Part shown: positions 29,797 to 41,263 of the stretch, one piece after another
Layout: each line of letters begins with the position of its first letter
How positions within the stretch are numbered: the stretch's first letter is position 1
Origin: an uncultured Actinomycetes bacterium
Lineage (GTDB): Bacteria > Actinomycetota > Acidimicrobiia > IMCC26256 > PALSA-610
Length of the DNA stretch: 64,000 nt
NCBI GenBank assembly: GCA_963740835.1
Contig: CAVUFH010000004.1
Coordinates: 9,567 to 73,566 of the forward strand
Direction: 5' to 3'
Made by a program: the position numbers and the translations under genes
Notes under the pieces: model-generated
What the model was told of the DNA's origin: nothing
What the model saw: only the letters and a program-made list of their open reading frames with translations
Database searches by the model: none

Positions 29797-30420
29797 ATGT
29801 ACTTGTTCACACGACGCCGGAGTATCGACACCAGTCGAGCAACCGAAGCAATACCTTGGGCGATCGAGACCGCGGCCAAGGCGACACAGATCACCGGCCT
29901 TCCCGTCAATGCGTGGACGAGCATGTGGGGCGAGGACGCCGCCACCGTCGTCTGGGCCGCATTCGTCGACGATCTCACTGGACTCGAACAGGCCGGCGAC
30001 AAGCTCAACGTCGACGGCGGCTTCAACGACCGGGTGCGTGACGGCGAGAAACTGTTCAGCAGCCCGATCGCGGACTCGCTCTCGCAGATCATCCACGGCG
30101 CGCCGAATCCGGAGCCGGGTCAGTACGTGAGCGTGGTCACCGCGCAACTCGCGAACGGTCGGATGACGGACGGCATCGCGGCGGCGATCAGCATTGCGGA
30201 AGCGGCCGAGCGCATCGGCGGGACACCGACGAGCGTTTCGCTCGGCGTCACCGGCGCATACGGCGGCCTTGCGTGGTTGAGCAGCTTCGCGGACATCGCG
30301 GCCTTGGAAGCGGCGGAAGGTGCGATCAACGCCGACGCGTCGTTCGTCTCGCTCGTCGACAGCAGCGGCACCTGCTACCAGGCCGGAGTGCAGCAAGCGA
30401 TCTACCGCCGGCTGAGCTGA
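29797..30420 (+). CDS. Hypothetical protein with two internally repeated ~100-aa domains
   Basis: GGAG RBS; halves share pattern A..ITG..V...G....VVW.....DL..LE.A...LN.D..F. Confidence 0.75.
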   Translation: MYLFTRRRSIDTSRATEAIPWAIETAAKATQITGLPVNAWTSMWGEDAATVVWAAFVDDLTGLEQAGDKLNVDGGFNDRVRDGEKLFSSPIADSLSQIIHGAPNPEPGQYVSVVTAQLANGRMTDGIAAAISIAEAAERIGGTPTSVSLGVTGAYGGLAWLSSFADIAALEAAEGAINADASFVSLVDSSGTCYQAGVQQAIYRRLS

Positions 30421-30444
30421 CGCACCACTCGAATGGGCGTCACT

Positions 30445-30472
30445 CGAGGGGACGGCGCATGCCGTCCCCTCG
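30445..30472. terminator. Hairpin, likely bidirectional terminator
   Basis: Perfect 12-bp stem CGAGGGGACGGC-GCAT-GCCGTCCCCTCG between convergent CDS and tRNA. Confidence 0.7.
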
Positions 30473-30537
30473 GCGTCGAGCGCGGTCGAAATCTTGCCGC
30501 TATGGCGCGCATCAGCCGAGACAACACAAGAATGTTG

Positions 30538-30610
30538 CGCCCTCGGCAGGATTCGAACCTGCGACTCACGGTTTAGGAAACCGATGCTCTATCCCCTGAG
30601 CTACGAGGGC
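30538..30610 (-). tRNA. tRNA-Arg (anticodon CCT)
   Basis: GCCCTCG acceptor stem, TAGCTCAGGGGATAGAGC D-arm, CGGTT-TCCTAA-ACCG anticodon arm, GGTTCGAATCC T-loop; CCA not encoded. Confidence 0.96.
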
Positions 30611-30931
30611 GTGCATTCATGCGTTTGCGCAGGCAACAGCGTATTTCTCGGGCCACGTACTCGCCTGGTCTTCCTCGACGTTGTGCGCGCTGCGGGATTG
30701 CAGCCGTCCGGCCCTCGGCACCGCGACGTCGGCACGCGGTACAGAGCAGCAGGTCAGCGGTTTCGCGTCGGTGTGCTCCGAACAAGCGCACAGCACCGCG
30801 TTGCCACGCGGTCGTCGTAACCGATGCTCGACACGCGGCATTGCGGACCGCAGCGGAGCCAACTCGAGGGGCAGCGCTCCGGGGCCGATTGAGACGATCG
30901 CGGCGCTGGGCGAGTCCTTGAGGGCGCAGAA

Positions 30932-30976
30932 CGTGTCAGGCGGGCACGAAGGTCGCTCGTGCAAGCGCCTGACACG
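30932..30976. terminator. Long hairpin downstream of 31053..31358
   Basis: CGTGTCAGGCG/CGCCTGACACG 11-bp outer stem plus GCACGA/TCGTGC inner stem. Confidence 0.45.
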
Positions 30977-31052
30977 GAGGCGCTGCCGGTGAGCCGACCT
31001 CCACCGCCGACGTCCGTGCCCGCGCCGGCGGTCAACGAAGTTGCGCGCGCCA

Positions 31053-31358
31053 CTATCGCGGTGGTTGTGATTCGTTCGAGGACGGCCGCTTCTCTTGGTA
31101 CTTGCTCAACGCGTCCTCGGTCACCCTCACGATCCGGCGCGCGAGTTGGTTGGAGGCGCCGACCAACTGCTCTGTCATCTTGAACGCGGAATCGATGATC
31201 TTGCGCCGGGGTCCGTCCTCGCTCACGTCGGGGAAGACCCCGTCGACCGTGTCGAGGAATTTCTGCACGGACTCCAACGCCGACTGCTCCGCGTCTTCGA
31301 CCGAGTCGATGATGCGGAGGGCCCCATCGTCTCGCGCGGTCTCTTCGGGGTTAGTCAT
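31053..31358 (-). CDS. Small helical hypothetical protein
   Basis: AAGGAGG RBS before ATG; amphipathic helical 101-aa ORF. Confidence 0.75.
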   Translation of the reverse strand: MTNPEETARDDGALRIIDSVEDAEQSALESVQKFLDTVDGVFPDVSEDGPRRKIIDSAFKMTEQLVGASNQLARRIVRVTEDALSKYQEKRPSSNESQPPR

Positions 31359-31497
31359 GAAGGCCTCCTTGTTCTACGCGGCGGATGCCAATCTTCGATA
31401 CGAGCGAGACTGTCCTTCACGCCGTCGCAGCACCAGAGGCTTAGGACACGTCGCGCGCGTCTCGTGACCTGGGTGGTTCGCCTGCACCCGCGGCCGT

Positions 31498-31932
31498 CTA
31501 AGCCTCGGGGACGACGATGAGTGGCCACTCCGTGAACTCGAGCACGTGCTCCACTTCACTGCCCACGAGCGCTCGGCCCGGACCGCGTCGACCCGTGCGA
31601 CCCATGACGATGAAATCCGGCTGCAGGACTCGCGCGCACTCGAGGATCTGCTCGAAGGGCTCACCGGTGTCGAGCCTGCATTGCAACTCAACGTTCGCCT
31701 CTGTTGCCAGCGCCGCGACCCGTGCGAGCAGTGCCTCGCCGGCGTCGACGAGCCGCTGGCCGGAACCCGCGCCGTCGATTGCACGGTCAACGTGCGCGGC
31801 GAGCCCGGCGTCCTCGACGACGAACAGTGCGTACACCTTGGCGGTCCAGTCGCGGGCGATGCGAAGCGCGAGGTGCGTCGCCGCCATCGCCGCGGGAGAA
31901 CCGTCGACGCAGAGCAGCAGCGTTGTCGTCAT
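31498..31932 (-). CDS. Universal stress protein (UspA family)
   Basis: LLLCVDGSPAA, GEPFEQIL, FIVMGRTG, LVGSEVEHVL...WPLIVVP; ATGA overlap with subunit D gene. Confidence 0.92.
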   Translation of the reverse strand: MTTTLLLCVDGSPAAMAATHLALRIARDWTAKVYALFVVEDAGLAAHVDRAIDGAGSGQRLVDAGEALLARVAALATEANVELQCRLDTGEPFEQILECARVLQPDFIVMGRTGRRGPGRALVGSEVEHVLEFTEWPLIVVPEA

Positions 31933-32540
31933 CGGGGCTCCCTCGTCCGGGCGCGCCGTGCGTACACGACATCCTCCCGCTCGCGCTCTTCGAGCTCGAG
32001 GTCGACACGGCGCAGGGAGTCCGCCAACGCCGGAAGGAGTTGGTGTCGCAGCATGCGCGACCGGCGCCGGGTCGCGCGCACCTCACGCTCGACTTCGTTC
32101 AGGGCGCGCCATGCTGCCGCGTGCTGCACGCCTTGCTCGACTGCCCGGCGGGACGCGCTCGTCGCTGCGAGAATCGCGGCGGTCCCGGCGATCTCGGCGC
32201 CCCGAGCATCGTCGGGAAGCTGGGACACGGCCTCGGCCGGGTAGTACGCACCCATGGAGTTGCGCCACACCAGGTCGACGGATGCAAAGCCGCGCGGGGC
32301 CGCGAGCGACACGACTCGTCGGCCGCGCAGCACGACCGCGCGTGCGGTCCACGCTTGACAGTCCTGCCACGCGTCCTCCCAATCGCGACGCGCGACCCGC
32401 TCGAGCACCACGAGACGACGTTGCTCGCGCGCAAGGACTCGCTCCTTCTGCGCGAGCAACTCGGTGGCCCTGACGGCGGTCTCGAGTCGCTCCGCCAACC
32501 ACAGCCGCCCACCGCGTCCGGGAGGATGTCGAATCCGCAT
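31929..32540 (-). CDS. ntpD: A/V-type ATPase subunit D
   Basis: LLAQKERVL, NSMG, EVRATRRRSRML...LPAL...LELEERERED coiled-coil pattern; position after subunit B. Confidence 0.85.
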   Translation of the reverse strand: MRIRHPPGRGGRLWLAERLETAVRATELLAQKERVLAREQRRLVVLERVARRDWEDAWQDCQAWTARAVVLRGRRVVSLAAPRGFASVDLVWRNSMGAYYPAEAVSQLPDDARGAEIAGTAAILAATSASRRAVEQGVQHAAAWRALNEVEREVRATRRRSRMLRHQLLPALADSLRRVDLELEEREREDVVYARRARTREPR

Positions 32541-32552
32541 CGGGCGCCCGCT

Positions 32553-33953
32553 TCACATCTCGCCCGAGTCGGCGCGGGCGCCGGTCTCGTACCAATGGTC
32601 GAGCACCTCGGGAGGGATCATCGTGAGCTCGCGGCGTGGGAGGACCGACAGCACGTGCCACGCGCGAGTGAACGTCTCGTCGATGCTCAATGTCTCGTCG
32701 GCGCGCTGTGTCACGAGCTCGCGCTCGAAGGCATCGAGGAACACGAGGTACCGCCGGTCCGTCGGTGTCAACGCGTCGGGTCCGACCAGGTCGGCGAGAT
32801 CACCGATCTGCCGAGCTTGCGCGATCGAGGCGTCGAGCTGGGCCGCGACGTCGCGGTGGTCCGCACGGGTCCGTCCCACGCCCACCCCGCGCCGCATCAT
32901 CCGGGACAGCGAGGAGAGCGGATCGATCGGCGGGTACACGCCGCGTGCGGCGATCTCCGGCGACAGCACGAGCTGGCCCTCCGTGATGTACCCGGTCAGG
33001 TCGGGAACGGGATGGGTGATGTCGCCGGCCGGCATCGTGAGCACCGGGATCTGTGTGATCGATCCCGGACGATCGCGCAGGCGGCCGCACCGTTCGTAGA
33101 TGGACGCGAGATCGCTGTAGAGGTACCCGGGATAGCCACGTCGCGCCGGCACGACATCCCGCGCCGATGCAACCTCCCGCACCGCTTCGCAGTAGCTCGT
33201 CATGTCGGCCATGACGACGAGCACGTGATACCCACGATCGAACGCGAGGTGTTCGGCGACCGTGAGCGCGAGGCGCGGCGTCAGCAATCGCTCGGCGATT
33301 GGATCATCGGCTGCGTTCACGAACAGCGCGAGCTCACCGCGGGCGGCGCGCGGCTCGAGCGTGTCGCGCACCATGGCCGCGTCGGCGTGCGTGACACCCA
33401 TCGCCGCGAACACGACGCAGAACGCCTCGCCCGCAACGTGTGCTTGCGCGGCGATCTGGGCGGCGAGCTCGAGGTGCGGGAGACCGCCGACGGAGAACAC
33501 CGGCAGCTTCTGACCCCTGACGAGCGTGGTCATCACATCGAGCGCCGCCACACCGGTCAGCACCGGATCGGCCGGCGTCAGGCGCGCCGTCGGATTGAGT
33601 GGATACCCGGCCACGTCGCGTTCCGGCCCGGCGAGAACCGGTGGACCACCGTCGATCGGCTCGCCGCGGCCGTTCCAGACGCGACCCAGCCACGCCGGGC
33701 TGACCCTGATGCGCGGCGGGCTGCCGAGAAAGGACACGCCGACCTCGGCCGGGCTGATCCCCGCGCTGCCCTCGTACACCTGAACGACGGCGACGTCGCC
33801 CTCGACTTCCAGCACGACGCCCTCCCGTTCGTCACCAGACGCGAGCCGCACGCGTGCCGCCTCGTCCCAGCCGACGCCGCGCGCGCCGCGCACTACCACC
33901 AACGGCCCCTCGACCGAGCTCACGTCCGTGTGTTCGACGGGCGCCTCTCTCAT
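32553..33953 (-). CDS. ntpB: A/V-type ATPase subunit B
   Basis: LVRGQKLPVFS, LAAQIA, TPRLALTVAE, DMTSYCEA, RRGYPGYLYSDLASIYER, DITHPVPDLTGYITEGQ. Confidence 0.97.
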   Translation of the reverse strand: MREAPVEHTDVSSVEGPLVVVRGARGVGWDEAARVRLASGDEREGVVLEVEGDVAVVQVYEGSAGISPAEVGVSFLGSPPRIRVSPAWLGRVWNGRGEPIDGGPPVLAGPERDVAGYPLNPTARLTPADPVLTGVAALDVMTTLVRGQKLPVFSVGGLPHLELAAQIAAQAHVAGEAFCVVFAAMGVTHADAAMVRDTLEPRAARGELALFVNAADDPIAERLLTPRLALTVAEHLAFDRGYHVLVVMADMTSYCEAVREVASARDVVPARRGYPGYLYSDLASIYERCGRLRDRPGSITQIPVLTMPAGDITHPVPDLTGYITEGQLVLSPEIAARGVYPPIDPLSSLSRMMRRGVGVGRTRADHRDVAAQLDASIAQARQIGDLADLVGPDALTPTDRRYLVFLDAFERELVTQRADETLSIDETFTRAWHVLSVLPRRELTMIPPEVLDHWYETGARADSGEM

Positions 33954-35671
33954 CGCATCTCCGCCAACTGTCGACGCGCCGTCTCCGCGATCATCTGCAC
34001 TCCGGCCGCGTCACTCGGGCCCACCGTGTCGCGCGCTCGAATCACCGCGCTCAAGTCGAGCTCTTCGATCTCTGTCGCGGAGATACCCCGATCGAGCAGC
34101 GCGAGGCAGGCGTCGTACAGGCCGAGCACCATCTCGAGGAGCGCGCGCTGCTTCGAGCGATCGCAAAACGCGTCGTTCTCGTTCAGCGAGCTCTGCTGGA
34201 GCACGCCGTCACGCAATAGTCGCGCACCGAGCAAGGTCACCCGCTCGCGATCCGGAAGCGCGCTCGCCCCGACGAGCTCGACGAGCGTTTGGAGTCGTTC
34301 GGCATCGGCCAGCAGCGCGAGCGCCCTCGCCCGTGCCTCCGGCCAACGCTCATCGCCGTGCCGCTCGTGCCACGCCGCGAGCAAGTCGGCGTCGCGCGAG
34401 AACGAGCCGTCCCATGTGACGGCGGGATAGTGGCGCGCGTATGCGAGATCGCGATCGAGTGTCCAGAAGCAGCGCACGAATCGCTGGGTGTGCGCGGTGA
34501 CAGGTTCGGTGAAGTCGCCTCCCGGAGGTGACACCGAAGCGATCACCGTCACCGATCCCGTCCCGCCGCCGAGTGTCTCGACATGGCCGGCGCGTTCGTA
34601 GAAGGCCGCGAGCGATGAGGCCAGGCTGGCGGGATAGCCCTGTTCGGCCGGTAGCTGGCCGGTGCGAGAGGCGAACTCGCGCAACGCCTCTGCCCATCGA
34701 GACGTCGAATCGGCGATGAGGACCGCGTCGTAGCCCATGTCGCGGAAGTACTCCGCCACCGTCATGCCCGTGTAAATGCTCGCCTCGCGCGCCATCATCG
34801 GCATGTTCGACGTGTTCGCGATGAGGACCGTCCGTGCGGCCAACGGTTGCCCCGTCCGCGGATCGGTGAGCCGTGAGAGGTCCTCGAGCACGTCGGCCAT
34901 CTCGTTGCCTCGCTCGCCGCAACCCACGTAGACGATGACGTCGGCGTCGCACCACTTCGCGATCTGTTGGAGCATCATCGTCTTGCCTGTGCCGAACCCA
35001 CCCGGAACCGCCGCGGTGCTTCCGCGTGCAATGGGGTAAAGCAGATCGAGGACACGCTGACCTGTGACGAGCGGCGAGGGATCATCCAGCCGGATGCGGA
35101 AGGGTCGACCGCGCCGCACGGGCCACAACTGCGTCATGGGAACATCGACGCCGTCCACCACCGCGATCGGCCCGTCGGGTTCACGAGGGCCGCCGGGCGC
35201 GATCCGGTCGACGTTCCCCGCGCACCCGCGCGGTACGAGCAGCCGGTGCTCGAATCCCACGCCTTCGCTCACGACGCCCAACACTTGACCTTCGGCGACC
35301 GCGTCACCCACGCCGACGCGTGGCCGGAAGTTCCAGCTGCGACCGTCAGCCTCGGGGGTGCTGCCCGGGCGCAGGAAGACATCGGCCGCCGCCAGCGGCC
35401 GCAGCAGGCCGTCGAAGACACCTCCGAGCAGGCCGGGCCCGAGCCGCGCGGAGAGTGGATGGTGCAAGTCGCGGGCGGGCGCGCCGCATGCGAGTCCGCC
35501 TGTGTACTCGTGGATTTCCGCAGTCGCGCGGGTACCGCGCACGGCGACGACCTCGCCGGCGAGGTGGAGCGCGCCGACCTCGACGAGGTCGAGCAGTGCG
35601 ACATGATCCAGCCCATCGATCTCGACGAGAGAGCCGTTCACACGAACGACTCGCGGCGTGTCGCCGTTCAC
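33950..35671 (-). CDS. ntpA: A/V-type ATPase catalytic subunit A
   Basis: TGQRVLD, P-loop PGGFGTGKT, YVGCGERGNEM, NTSNMP..AREASIYTG, DSTSRWAEALRE, SPPGGDFTEPVT; GTG 35671. Confidence 0.97.
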   Translation of the reverse strand: MNGDTPRVVRVNGSLVEIDGLDHVALLDLVEVGALHLAGEVVAVRGTRATAEIHEYTGGLACGAPARDLHHPLSARLGPGLLGGVFDGLLRPLAAADVFLRPGSTPEADGRSWNFRPRVGVGDAVAEGQVLGVVSEGVGFEHRLLVPRGCAGNVDRIAPGGPREPDGPIAVVDGVDVPMTQLWPVRRGRPFRIRLDDPSPLVTGQRVLDLLYPIARGSTAAVPGGFGTGKTMMLQQIAKWCDADVIVYVGCGERGNEMADVLEDLSRLTDPRTGQPLAARTVLIANTSNMPMMAREASIYTGMTVAEYFRDMGYDAVLIADSTSRWAEALREFASRTGQLPAEQGYPASLASSLAAFYERAGHVETLGGGTGSVTVIASVSPPGGDFTEPVTAHTQRFVRCFWTLDRDLAYARHYPAVTWDGSFSRDADLLAAWHERHGDERWPEARARALALLADAERLQTLVELVGASALPDRERVTLLGARLLRDGVLQQSSLNENDAFCDRSKQRALLEMVLGLYDACLALLDRGISATEIEELDLSAVIRARDTVGPSDAAGVQMIAETARRQLAEMR

Positions 35672-36191
35672 TGCAGCAACTCGTCGATGGCGTCGCCCTG
35701 GTCGGCGACCGCGCGCCGTGCGAGAGCCGGCAACGTGTAGTCGACGCGACGCCCATCGCACTCGGCGATGACGCCACCGCGGCCGGGTGGGTCGCGCGTC
35801 ACGACCGCGTCTGCTCCGAGCTGTGCCCGGGCACGTCCCACGAGACCGTCGAGCAGTCGTGGATAGTCGTGCGCGTCACGCAGCCGGAGCACAGCATCGT
35901 GGACCTGTTCCTCGAGCTCGTCCATCAGCGCACGCTTCGCGAGGAGAACCGTGGCGTTCTGCTCCCGGTGCAACGCGACAAGCTCATGGGCCATCGCCGC
36001 GTCCGTGATCGCCGTCGCATCCCGGCCGGCGCGCTCGACGAGCTCCTCGCCCTGACGGCGCGCGTCATGAACGACTGCGTCGGCGTCGGCGCGCGCCGCG
36101 CCCAGCACGACGTCGGTCTCGGCGGCGACCGCGCGCCGCAGCGCGTCATCGAGCGCGTCGAGCCCCTCAGGCAGCGGCGGGGCCACCGGCA

Positions 36192-36195
<4 letters not shown>
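35668..36195 (-). CDS. A/V-type ATPase subunit E (peripheral stalk)
   Basis: N-terminal Ala/Glu/Arg coiled coil, C-terminal GGVI...GRRVDYTL; operon position. Confidence 0.75.
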
Positions 36196-38263
<2,068 letters not shown>

Positions 38264-38277
<14 letters not shown>

Positions 38278-39188
38278 CGACGAGCTCCTCGCCCGAAGTG
38301 CCGCGACTCACGAGGTCGAGTGCGGCTGCAGCGCGCCACGCGTCGGCCATCCGGCGTGCGACCGCGCCGATCACGATGTCGACTCTGGGTTGTACACCAT
38401 GCAGGAGGCGGTCCCCATCGCGATCGAGGCGCAACCACCAGCTCGACTCGGCCATCCACAGCTGCTCGGCGACCATCTCGGCCCGATCGAGACCGTCGAA
38501 CACCCATCGGGCCTCCTCGGGCAGAGCCCCGATGAAGTCGCGGAGGTTCGACGCCGCGATCGCGCGGTGACCGAGTTGCGGAGCGCGCCGCGCCAGATCC
38601 ATGTCGACGCGATGCTCGCCGGTGGCGAACGTGCGGGCAACGACGAGTGCGGCTGCCCCTGCGCCCCACGCCTCCGCGGCGCTGATCTCGCTCACGCGGC
38701 GCGCCCATTCGAGTCGTAGGTTGCGCAGTATGTCGGCGGGCTCGTCGGATGCCGCCGACGGCCACGAGGGGCGCAACCGCTCGCGCATCCCGCAACGACG
38801 TCGCCTCGCGCACCCGAGGCCAGGCCGTCGCCAGTGCTCCGAGCTCGAACGTCGGGAGCTCATCTCCGCCGGAGAGGTGAACGAGACGGCTCTCGATGTT
38901 CTCGATCTCGAAGTAGCCGGCGAGCACGCGGAGCACAGCCACACCCGATGCCGGCAGCCAACCGGCGAGCACGCGCACATCCCAGACGACCGTTGCCCAA
39001 ATCGCGTGCTGGGCAGCTGCGACCGACGTCGCTGTGGTGAACGCGTCCGCGTACGCCGACCCCCGGAGGCGCTCACGAGCCGCCGCGACCGTCGCCGAGG
39101 TGGCGATCGCACGGGCTCCGTCGCTCCCGAGGCGATGACGATCCAGAAGCCTCGCCCGAACGACCCCGGCGACCCATCCGACGGTCAT
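38264..39188 (-). CDS. Probable A/V-type ATPase subunit C (diverged); frameshift near 38780
   Basis: N-half in ORF 38049..39188 (VRARLL, LRGSAY, FEIENI) and C-half in ORF 38264..39112; translationally coupled, positioned before subunit I. Confidence 0.65.
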
Positions 39189-39637
39189 GCGCTGCGGTCG
39201 CTCCCGCTCTCCGCGAACGACCGCACCCGCGCCACCGCGTCGGCCACCATGGGCGGCATCGCCGCCGCCGCGCTGCGGCGCAAGTCCCCCACTCTGGAAG
39301 CAGCATCGGCGCGGAGCCGCTCGGCATCGCGGTCGACCGCGACGCGACGCTGCGTCGTGGCGACGGCGCGTGCCTTCTCCGCGCGCACACGCGCGTCGGC
39401 GAGGAGGCGATCCCGTTCGCGCGCGGCGACGGTGGCGATCACCGCCGCCTCCTCGACGCGTCGTTGCTCGGCGACGCGCAGCTGCGTTTCGAGTTCGTCG
39501 AGATGCGCGAACACCGCCGCGAGCTCAGCCCGCCGCGCCGCGTCGGCCGTGGTCGGCACGGCCGCACGACTCGCGGGCGCGCCGGGCGGTCCGACCACCC
39601 GTCGGATTCGGTTCCACCAGTCGAGAGGTCCCGGCAC
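39185..39637 (-). CDS. Probable A/V-type ATPase subunit H/G-like coiled-coil protein
   Basis: Ala/Arg/Glu coiled coil, first gene of operon, GAGG RBS, ATGA overlap with next gene. Confidence 0.6.
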   Translation of the reverse strand: MPGPLDWWNRIRRVVGPPGAPASRAAVPTTADAARRAELAAVFAHLDELETQLRVAEQRRVEEAAVIATVAARERDRLLADARVRAEKARAVATTQRRVAVDRDAERLRADAASRVGDLRRSAAAAMPPMVADAVARVRSFAESGSDRSA

Positions 39638-39710
39638 GCTTCATGCACCTCGATTCCTCGCAGCCGACGCGCTCACGAACACCTTGCCTGTCGCGCAATG
39701 CCTGTCATCA

Positions 39711-39724
39711 GGGCCAAAAGTCCC
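39711..39724 (-). promoter_or_regulatory. DosR/DevR-like binding box upstream of the ATPase operon
   Basis: Minus strand GGGACTTTTGGCCC matches the GGGAC-N4-G(G/T)CCC core, about 75 bp before the operon start. Confidence 0.55.
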
Positions 39725-39759
39725 GGCAGTGCGATCACAGTTCCTGGCGACACGGAGTC

Positions 39760-40295
39760 GTCGTGCTCGTGCTCCTGTCCCCACGCGTCGCGGAGGAAGA
39801 GTGCGACGCGGTCGGTCGGACGCTTCGGGCACAGACGAAGCTCGAAGGGAGAGCGGGCCTTCACCAGCTCCGCATCGGGAAGGACGCGGGCCAGGTTCGC
39901 GGCATCGTCGGACGGGTGCAGCAGGTCATAGCGGTGCGCCAGGATCAGGGTGGGCGCCGCGATACGGGCGCGCTCCTGCTGGGTGAGTCCGACCGGTCCC
40001 ACGAGCACACCGTGCATGACCGCGGCGAGCACCTCCGGCGAGAGCGACCGGCATGGAGTGCGCGGTTCAGCGGACCGATCCGAGTCGGTGGAATTCGGCG
40101 AACGAGGTTCGAGCTCGCGCGCAGCACCGGGCTTGCGTCGTGCGCCGCGAGGAGGATCGGCACGAACGCCATGGCCGTCGCGGGAACTGCCCATTCCAAC
40201 ACCGGCATCTCCAACACGAGGCCGCGGACCCGCTCGGGGTGCTGTGATGCCGCGAACAGGCTCACATTGGCTCCCAGTGACAGGCCACCGAGCAA
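39760..40295 (-). pseudogene. Alpha/beta hydrolase remnant (5'-truncated, frameshifted)
   Basis: GGLSLGANV nucleophile elbow, HPERVRGLVLEMP in one frame; PTLILAH..DLLHP...LPDAELV in another; N-terminus absent. Confidence 0.7.
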
Positions 40296-40494
40296 CCCCT
40301 TCGACGTCCCGCAACGCGCGCTCGAGCCCGTCGGCGACCCGACGCCCCTCCGTGCGGTGCACGCCCCGCACCTCGATGTGGGCTCGACCGTCCGTCTTCC
40401 ACGTGTGCCGGCCCGAGGACGCAAAACGACGATCGTTGTCAGGCGAGGACACTTTCGCGACCGTCTGGCGCACACCGGCGAGCGAGAACTCCAC
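40296..40494 (-). pseudogene. N-terminal fragment resembling actinobacterial CtpH/CtpI-like P-type ATPase or related HMA-like domain
   Basis: GRAHIEVRG...LERALRDVEGV then abrupt join to the hydrolase remnant; GGAGG RBS upstream. Confidence 0.4.
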
Positions 40495-40601
40495 CCGTCC
40501 TCCCTATTGGTGACCTGCTGATGCCGTTCGACCCTTCGTCATCGTGGTGGACCCAGCGCGATGAAGGCCCTTCGGCCTGTGCACACCGCGCGTGTCGCGC
40601 G

Positions 40602-41009
40602 TCAGGGAATGACCGCGCCGTACCCGGTGATGACGTCGGGTCGGAGCCGGAGATAGTGCGAAGGCACTGAGGTTCCCGTCGGGAGCGAGAGCCCCAATGT
40701 CTCGATTTCGGCGCGTTCGGCCGTGTCGGTGATTTCCGCGGCTCGGCCGATGACCAGCACCGCCCAGGAGGCTTCCGCGAGGTCGGCGTTGTCGACCCCC
40801 ATGGCGATGACGTTTCCGTCGGCGATGGCGCGTCTGGCTCGACCGTCGCGCATGCCGATGACGACGGTGCCTCCGAGATACTGGTAGCTGACCGGCAGCA
40901 CAACGGGGAGCGCACCCATGGACAGGCTCACCCGGCCGACATTCGTGCCCGCGAGCAGCGCCTGGCAGTCGGCCTCCGAGAGAAGCTGCGCACCGTCATC
41001 AAAGAACAT
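40602..41009 (-). CDS. Pyridoxamine 5'-phosphate oxidase-like FMN-binding protein
   Basis: LSEADCQALL...VGRVSL...PVVLPVSY, WAVLVIGRA, LRPDVITG. Confidence 0.85.
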   Translation of the reverse strand: MFFDDGAQLLSEADCQALLAGTNVGRVSLSMGALPVVLPVSYQYLGGTVVIGMRDGRARRAIADGNVIAMGVDNADLAEASWAVLVIGRAAEITDTAERAEIETLGLSLPTGTSVPSHYLRLRPDVITGYGAVIP

Positions 41010-41048
41010 GCACTGACCGACGATCGTCCGCGGCCACGTGTCTCACTA

Positions 41049-41082
41049 GAGGCGAACGTCACCACTCTGGGACGGTTGTGGC
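41049..41082. promoter_or_regulatory. Pair of degenerate DosR-like boxes between divergent genes
   Basis: GTGACGTTCGCCTC (minus, 41049-41062) and GGGACGGTTGTGGC (41069-41082), 20 bp apart. Confidence 0.3.
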
Positions 41083-41263
41083 AACGAACCGCGCGCGGAC
41101 CATGGACGGGAGCGTCAGCGTGGGGCTTGTCAGGCGAAGCGGCAGAGCCGTACGCTCGATCCCGTTCTCCACCGACCGCATCCTTCACGAGCCTGTCGCC
41201 GGTTCAGAGCCTCGGGATCCGCGACACCATCGCGGTGACCAGCAGCAGGAGGGGACCGCGTCG

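Noticed and set aside
30538-30720. att-site duplication of the tRNA 3' end (GCCCTCGGCA repeated at 30711-30720)
   Set aside because: Only 10 bp, GC-rich, very close and on the 5' side of the tRNA; no integrase present.
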